Source of the DNA: Candidatus Hermodarchaeum yapensis
GTDB taxonomy: Archaea; Asgardarchaeota; Hermodarchaeia; Hermodarchaeales; Hermodarchaeaceae
Assembly: GCA_016840405.1 (NCBI GenBank)
Contig: JAEOSK010000001.1
Span: forward strand, 1 to 64,000
Direction of reading: 5' to 3'
DNA: 64,000 nucleotides
Shown here piece by piece: positions 58,636 to 64,000 of this stretch; within the stretch, counting starts at the first letter, position 1, and every line of letters starts with the position of its first letter. The notes under the pieces were generated by a model. That model saw nothing but the letters and a program-made list of their open reading frames with translations. It ran no database searches and was not told the origin of the DNA. Made by a program: the position numbers and the translations under genes.

Positions 58636-59592
58636 TTGATCAACTCATCTATCAAATACTATCTAAGCCTAATAATTGCATCAATTTGCTTTGGGAGCAT
58701 TGCTGTTTTTGCGTTCTATCTGACCCTATTTGGTGTTTCTTCAACACAGCAGACATTCTTTCGAATACTCTTTACGGCATTTTACCTGTTTTGTGGTCTA
58801 GGTGTTTGGCTTCGCTTTCATGATATTTCCATTAGACCCGAGCACGTAACACTTTTTGTCCTCTATGGACTGATAGGGGTGTGTGCACCCCTTTTTACTT
58901 ACATAACTGCTATTGCAATAGGTACGCCAGTTATCGTTGCAGTTTCGCTAGCCTATCTTTATCCTGCTATTACACTTATCCTTGCCAGAATTTTTCTAAA
59001 TGAATTGTTCAATTTGAAACGAATCATCGCTGTAGTTTGTTCTATAACTGGGGCAATCGTTATTTCAACACCAATAATTTCTGAATATTTCCCGATACCT
59101 GTTTTTGGCTTCATTCTATCAGCATTAACTGCTTTGTTTTTAGCCTGTTTCATGGTGGTGGGACGAAAATTAGGTGGATATGAGGATTATAACCCACTTG
59201 TCACTACATTCTGGGGATATTTATTTGGGTCTTTATGGATGGGTGTTATTCTACTCGGTCTGCAGTTTCTAATCATTGATCCTCGTATTGTTGGGTTCCA
59301 ATTGATATTACCAATACCTGTTTGGGTTTTACTTCTCGGGTTTGCCTTAATTGCCACAGCAATTCCCTACACATTAACTAATTATGGAATGAAGCGAATT
59401 GATGCTTCCGTAACCTCAATCATTCTACTACTTGACCCACTAAGTAGTGTTATCTTTGGAATCCTCTTGATGGGTCAAGTAGTGGTATTTTGGCAACTCA
59501 GTGGTGCATCGTTAATTCTTATTGCTACCATACTAACTGGCCTTGAACAAAAATCATCTAAAAAGAACAGTATAAGGCAAAAGGGGAGCTAA
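58636..59592 (+). CDS. EamA/DMT transporter
   Basis: About 10 TM segments in two repeats; YLYPAIT.ILA..FLNE. Confidence 0.88.
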   Translation: MINSSIKYYLSLIIASICFGSIAVFAFYLTLFGVSSTQQTFFRILFTAFYLFCGLGVWLRFHDISIRPEHVTLFVLYGLIGVCAPLFTYITAIAIGTPVIVAVSLAYLYPAITLILARIFLNELFNLKRIIAVVCSITGAIVISTPIISEYFPIPVFGFILSALTALFLACFMVVGRKLGGYEDYNPLVTTFWGYLFGSLWMGVILLGLQFLIIDPRIVGFQLILPIPVWVLLLGFALIATAIPYTLTNYGMKRIDASVTSIILLLDPLSSVIFGILLMGQVVVFWQLSGASLILIATILTGLEQKSSKKNSIRQKGS

Positions 59593-59611
59593 GAAATCAT
59601 ACCGGGCTGGG

Positions 59612-59657
59612 GTTGATGATGGTGCCGAGTTTTTTGCCGATGAGTATGAGGAAGAGG
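59612..59657 (+). repeat. Direct repeat copy 1 (stranded 3' end of the helicase gene)
   Basis: 44 of 46 nt identical to 60785-60830. Confidence 0.9.
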
Positions 59658-59774
59658 ATGTCACTTAAAAAAATTAAATATTTATTTTTTCTTTTTAAGG
59701 AACATAATACTTAAACTGTCGGCTCATTCTCTTTTAGACATCGCATATTGGTTGGAAGCTTCGGAGGGTTGTGT

Positions 59775-60773
59775 ATGTTCCAGGTTACGCTTCGTGGTTC
59801 ACATTATGAAATTGGCAGGCAATATGGAATGCTACTTAAAAACAAGGGGATCAAATATCCAAGACCAACGGATGTGGCGATCCGATTTGCAGCAAAGGTT
59901 GAACAAGAAGTTGCTAATTTAGTCCCAGAACTGATTGAAGAAATCCAGGGAATCACAGATGGAAGTGGATTTGATTTTGAGATTATACGAACCTTTGCGC
60001 TCACCGTGGGTAGGAGTCCAGCCTGTACAATACTCGCAATTCCTGGTCAATATACCGTAGATGGACACCCAATCTTTGCCCGAAACTATGATGCCACTCC
60101 TACATTTCAGGACTTCACTCTCTATCGGACTTATCCGAAGAAACACCTCGCCCATATGGGTTGTTGTTTTGATATGCTTGTAGGCCGAGAGGATGGATTA
60201 AATGAAGCGGGTGTTGCTATTGCCGTTGCAGGTGTCCATGGCCTTTACACAGACGCACCTGGTGTGTGGGATCATATCCCCCTCCGGGCGGTCCTGGATC
60301 ATTGTACATCCGTTGACCAAGCTGTTGCACTGCTGAAACAATTTCCCCATTTTTGGACAAAGAATTTTCTTGTTGCAGATACTAAGGGACACATTGCCAT
60401 CATTGAAGCTGCCCAACAACGAATCTCTGTTCATTACCCACAAAACGAGATTGGCGCTATCACCAACCACTTCGTTTCCTCTTCAATGCAGCCTTTTAAT
60501 GATTCCAATAGAACCATGCCTCAAACCCATCATCGCCTCCAAATCCTCAAAGATTGGTTTCAGCAGCAGACAAATGTCATTAAAATTAGTCAGATTAAGC
60601 GTATTCTAAAAAATCCTAAAACCGGCATCTGTTCAAACAATTTAGAAACATCCACGCAAAAGGGATTTCTAACAATCTGGTCTTGGATAGCCAAACTTGG
60701 TAATCGGAGTTTCGAAATGGCAACAGGAACCCCAATCACCCTCTCTTCTAGATACAAAAGCTACTCTTTCTAA
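59775..60773 (+). CDS. C45-family autoproteolytic acyltransferase/peptidase (Ntn hydrolase)
   Basis: GSHYEIG.QYG, ACT, ARNYD, DGLNEAG, TNHF. Confidence 0.88.
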   Translation: MFQVTLRGSHYEIGRQYGMLLKNKGIKYPRPTDVAIRFAAKVEQEVANLVPELIEEIQGITDGSGFDFEIIRTFALTVGRSPACTILAIPGQYTVDGHPIFARNYDATPTFQDFTLYRTYPKKHLAHMGCCFDMLVGREDGLNEAGVAIAVAGVHGLYTDAPGVWDHIPLRAVLDHCTSVDQAVALLKQFPHFWTKNFLVADTKGHIAIIEAAQQRISVHYPQNEIGAITNHFVSSSMQPFNDSNRTMPQTHHRLQILKDWFQQQTNVIKISQIKRILKNPKTGICSNNLETSTQKGFLTIWSWIAKLGNRSFEMATGTPITLSSRYKSYSF

Positions 60774-60778
60774 GAATG

Positions 60779-62524
60779 CTAGGTGTTGATGATGGTGCCG
60801 AGTTTTTTGCCGATGAGTTCGAGGAAGAGGGTATCGCGTTTGAGGGATTTTTCGTCTTCCACAGTTTGATTGTAGCTGATAGTGTAGAGGGTTTTGATGT
60901 GGTGAGTGGTACTGCGGATGCGTCCAAGGCTTTGTTCGTAGCGTTCGAGGGAGAGGGTGGTGCCGTAGTAGATGCCGGTGTCGGCTTCAGGGAGGTCAGT
61001 ACCTTTTTCGATGAGCCGTTCGGAGGCGAAGAGGACTTTGGCATCGCCGGCTTTGAAGGCGCTGATGCGGGCATGTTGCATAGCTCCAGTCATCCCCCCA
61101 TGCACGTTCGTGCTAGGAATGTTGTGATAGTTGGCGACTTGGGTCAAGTATTTCGTGGTGTCAACAAAACGGCAGAGCACTAAGATTTGTTGTCCTTCCT
61201 TGGTTATACGATCTAGCCAGTAGAGGAGGCGTTCCTGTTTTTTATCGGGAGCTTGTTCTGCTTCACGAGCCGCGATTTTTTGCAGAATGGTTTCAAATTC
61301 GGAGTTGGCGGTCAGGATTTTGTTGGTAATGTTATGGATGAAGGTTCGAAATGAGGGGAAGGTGCTTTCGAGGAGTCGTTGACGGGCAACCGTCATGAGG
61401 AGATATGCTCTGGCTGATGCGAGGATGCGATCAAGTTTTTGGTCATCTTCTGCGTATTCGTCTTTGAGTTTCTGTTGGAGTTCTTTTTTCGCAAGGAGGT
61501 CAGTGATGAAGAGCAGAATGCGGTCGTAGGGGATTTTGGGGCGTCCAGTGAGTGTCGAGTAGGCTTGGTTTAGGGGTGTGATGAGCAGGCGTTTGATGGT
61601 TGTGATTTTGCCATCGATTGTGCTGATCCAGTCGTCAAAGACGCGAATTCGTTGGAGGCGATAGGCAGGTTTATGATCTTCGAAGTCATCACCGACTGGG
61701 CGGATTTCGGCGACGCGTTGGTCGCCACCAAAAGTGGTTTTGAGTAGGTCGATTTTTGCATCTTGGGAAAGGGCTGCCGTAAGACCAATGACAATACGAT
61801 CTGAAGCGTGATTGAGCAAGTTCAAGAGGTTGAGGATGGGTTCGAATTTCTTATTCAATCGATAGTTGCGAGCCGAAAATTCGCGAATGACATGGTCTTC
61901 TAAGCGTTTTTTGTCAACTTCATAGTTCAGAGTCTCGGAGGCTTCGAGTTCTTGTTTGAGATCAGAGATGATTTGATTGAATGTACGACCATTACCAAAC
62001 CTGCGTTCGATAAACTGGATAGTTTCGTTTCGAGGGCGTTTTTTACCATAGCTTTGCGCAAAAATGTCAAGAATTTCGTCAATTATTACCACCCGAACTT
62101 TTTCCAGAGTGCTTTTTTTAATTCGCCTGGTTCGTCCGGTTATTGCGTTCAGCAAAAGAATTGGTGTGGCAAAGATGAACTTGGCCATATCTGCATGTTG
62201 CTGAGTCATTTGGGCGGGTAGGGTTTTTTCTTCATCCAATAAGAAGAGGTACCCCTGGTTGGCAAGTCCGTACGATTTTGCCATCGCATAGATTTGATAC
62301 TTGAGTTTGCGATCTTGGACCAGAAAGAGTACTTTTTCATCGGGTTGAAGTAAGTTGCGTTCAATGAGCATCTCAACAATAAGGGTGGAAATGAAGGTTT
62401 TACCCATCCCTGTGGGAAGAAGTAACAAGAATACCTTCTGTTCGTTGTGTTCTAAGTAATTAATGACTTGATCTCGGGCGTTTAGCTGGTACAAACGAGG
62501 TTGGTACTCATTCTTATCTGCCAC
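60779..62524 (-). CDS. Divergent SF2 helicase (Hef/FANCM-like motor, no nuclease domain)
   Basis: PRLYQ, LPTGMGKT, ATP, IIDEIL, GLTAA, HGGM, EKGTDLP, QSLGR. Confidence 0.8.
   Translation of the reverse strand: MADKNEYQPRLYQLNARDQVINYLEHNEQKVFLLLLPTGMGKTFISTLIVEMLIERNLLQPDEKVLFLVQDRKLKYQIYAMAKSYGLANQGYLFLLDEEKTLPAQMTQQHADMAKFIFATPILLLNAITGRTRRIKKSTLEKVRVVIIDEILDIFAQSYGKKRPRNETIQFIERRFGNGRTFNQIISDLKQELEASETLNYEVDKKRLEDHVIREFSARNYRLNKKFEPILNLLNLLNHASDRIVIGLTAALSQDAKIDLLKTTFGGDQRVAEIRPVGDDFEDHKPAYRLQRIRVFDDWISTIDGKITTIKRLLITPLNQAYSTLTGRPKIPYDRILLFITDLLAKKELQQKLKDEYAEDDQKLDRILASARAYLLMTVARQRLLESTFPSFRTFIHNITNKILTANSEFETILQKIAAREAEQAPDKKQERLLYWLDRITKEGQQILVLCRFVDTTKYLTQVANYHNIPSTNVHGGMTGAMQHARISAFKAGDAKVLFASERLIEKGTDLPEADTGIYYGTTLSLERYEQSLGRIRSTTHHIKTLYTISYNQTVEDEKSLKRDTLFLELIGKKLGTIINT
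60785..60830 (+). repeat. Direct repeat copy 2 (inside the helicase 3' end)
   Basis: Matches 59612-59657. Confidence 0.9.
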
Positions 62525-62633
62525 AAATAGCCCTCATCAACAATTTTCGAATATCTGCCGATGAAAACAGACTTTATATAAATTTGGAAAATTGCTCTGA
62601 TGGGTATCGACTGAAACTTGCTTTAAAAATGTC

Positions 62634-63464
62634 TTAGATTTGTTCCTCAATACGATTTAGCCATTCATGGACAAGTGTGTTGAATAATTGCTCTTGTTCC
62701 ATTTGTAGGCAATGACCTGCTCGGTCAAGGACAGCAAAGGTGGCACGCGGATAATTTTCCAAGATGTTCCAAGCGTCTTGATAGCCCACCCAATGGTCTT
62801 GACGACCTACGAGAATGAGCGTGGGCTTCTCAAATGCTTTTGGTGGGGTATCTACATTGAAACTGTATTCATTCCCGTGTGTAACTAGTTGGTTTAGGAA
62901 TGAATGGTTTGCTACTTTTACGCCAGGTAGAATTTCTGGTTCGTAGCGTTTCCAGTGCTCTGAAGTTTGAATCACTGCTACTTCAGTGAAACCTTCCTTT
63001 TCTGCAGGATTCATTGTTGATAAGAACGCGTCATCTCGGACCAGTACGTTTTTGGGAGGAAGTGTTCGATCTGCTCTTTCGGAGACCACTCGGGGCACAA
63101 TTAGAAGCAATCCATCTACTGGTTCCATACGCTTGTAAAGCACTCCCCGAGCTAGATAGCCACCATAGGATAAACCGACAAGCAGGAATCGTTGATTCGG
63201 AATAATTGTGTCAATGAACTCTAGGACAACTTGTAGAATGTGGTCTTGATTCTTAATCCACTTAGGGGCTGGGGTTTGACCATGTCCCGGTAAATCGAGA
63301 TAAAATCGCTGCCATCCAGAACGGGTTTTGAATACTGGTTCCATGCACCCCACCATAGAGTGATGATCAAGCGTTGAACCATGTATAATCATCACAGGTT
63401 TCCCTTTACCATGCATCACGTAATGGACAGTGATATCCTTTAGTCTGCATTTCATGGTCTTCAC
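62634..63464 (-). CDS. Alpha/beta hydrolase
   Basis: IHG, DLPGHG, GLSYGG, GRQD, AGH. Confidence 0.92.
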   Translation of the reverse strand: MKTMKCRLKDITVHYVMHGKGKPVMIIHGSTLDHHSMVGCMEPVFKTRSGWQRFYLDLPGHGQTPAPKWIKNQDHILQVVLEFIDTIIPNQRFLLVGLSYGGYLARGVLYKRMEPVDGLLLIVPRVVSERADRTLPPKNVLVRDDAFLSTMNPAEKEGFTEVAVIQTSEHWKRYEPEILPGVKVANHSFLNQLVTHGNEYSFNVDTPPKAFEKPTLILVGRQDHWVGYQDAWNILENYPRATFAVLDRAGHCLQMEQEQLFNTLVHEWLNRIEEQI

Positions 63465-63513
63465 TGGAAACGTCTCGTCTTACCTATCTTAAAAAAGATG
63501 GGTGTAAAGGAAT

Positions 63514-64000
63514 ATGAGGGTGGAAGGTTTGTCCATCGAAAATATTAACGGATTAATTCGTGACTGGCGACAGGGTAGAAAACGCGGGCTTAGAAGGGAG
63601 ACCTTTGCAGCAAATCGGAAGGGCTATCAGCAACTCGTTGCGGCATTGGCTGGTGAGTATCTGCCAAGAATTCGGGAATTTGTGACTACAGAACAGACGC
63701 CACCGAAAAGAGCGTTAAAAGCTTGGAAACAACTGATGACCGACTTTGAAGAAGATATGCGGATGTTGGATGCCTTCGATCCCAGTGGAAAAGCCCTATT
63801 TACCGCAGCAGTCATCATTGCACGGGGTGCTTTTCGTGATAAGAAGGCTCAGAAAGCCTTCGAACAGTCAAAAAATGAACCTGTTGACATCTTTGGTAAT
63901 CCAGAACTCATTAGCTGTATCGCTGCCTCATTAGATAATATCATTGATCAAACATATCATGCCATGCGGGGGATGACAGGCAAGGATTTACGGAGTTCTT
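63514..64000 (+). CDS. Hypothetical protein, truncated by the window end
   Basis: Frame open from ATG 63514 (or TTG 63529) to the end: SIENINGLIRDWRQG... Confidence 0.65.
   Translation, partial: MRVEGLSIENINGLIRDWRQGRKRGLRRETFAANRKGYQQLVAALAGEYLPRIREFVTTEQTPPKRALKAWKQLMTDFEEDMRMLDAFDPSGKALFTAAVIIARGAFRDKKAQKAFEQSKNEPVDIFGNPELISCIAASLDNIIDQTYHAMRGMTGKDLRSS

Noticed and set aside
50552-60778. Integron-like cassette array or integrated element
   Set aside because: No integrase and no recurring attC-like repeat; only an 11-bp TTTCAGAATCT match (near 51785 and 54091), and gene orientations are mixed.
1-64000. CRISPR array, rRNA genes, DGR or retron
   Set aside because: No regularly spaced repeats, rRNA motifs or reverse transcriptase seen by eye; the one direct repeat lacks an adenine-specific mismatch pattern.

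Overview
A 64-kb chromosomal window from an archaeon, most likely an Asgard archaeon. This is inferred from a roadblock protein, a longin-like/small-GTPase fusion, an ESCRT-II (Vps22/36)-like protein, a histone, and archaeal CoA, lipid and tRNA-splicing genes. Most of it is housekeeping: ino1, a pok-pps-panE-panB-coaBC operon, prs, lipS2-lpl-lipS1, proteasome beta, L13e, gltX, endA and a two-intron tRNA-Gln. It also carries a frameshifted LAGLIDADG gene, an internally deleted IS200/IS605 tnpB element, and an accessory block at about 50.6-60.8 kb. The most unusual signals are: (1) an unannotated ~145-nt candidate RNA gene (29941-30092) with its own TATA box, U-tract, closing stem and nine CCUC motifs; (2) sharp strand-specific C/A-to-G/T composition flips at ~50.6 and ~60.8 kb, the first independent of gene orientation; (3) a threonine-synthase-fold protein lacking the PLP lysine and fused to a PadR wHTH; (4) a head-to-head R15P-isomerase / eIF2B-alpha-like pair; (5) an IS insertion that swaps a host stop codon without changing the protein; (6) two genes that appear to need non-canonical CUG/AUU starts. 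All family calls come from motif recognition by eye; no database searches were run.
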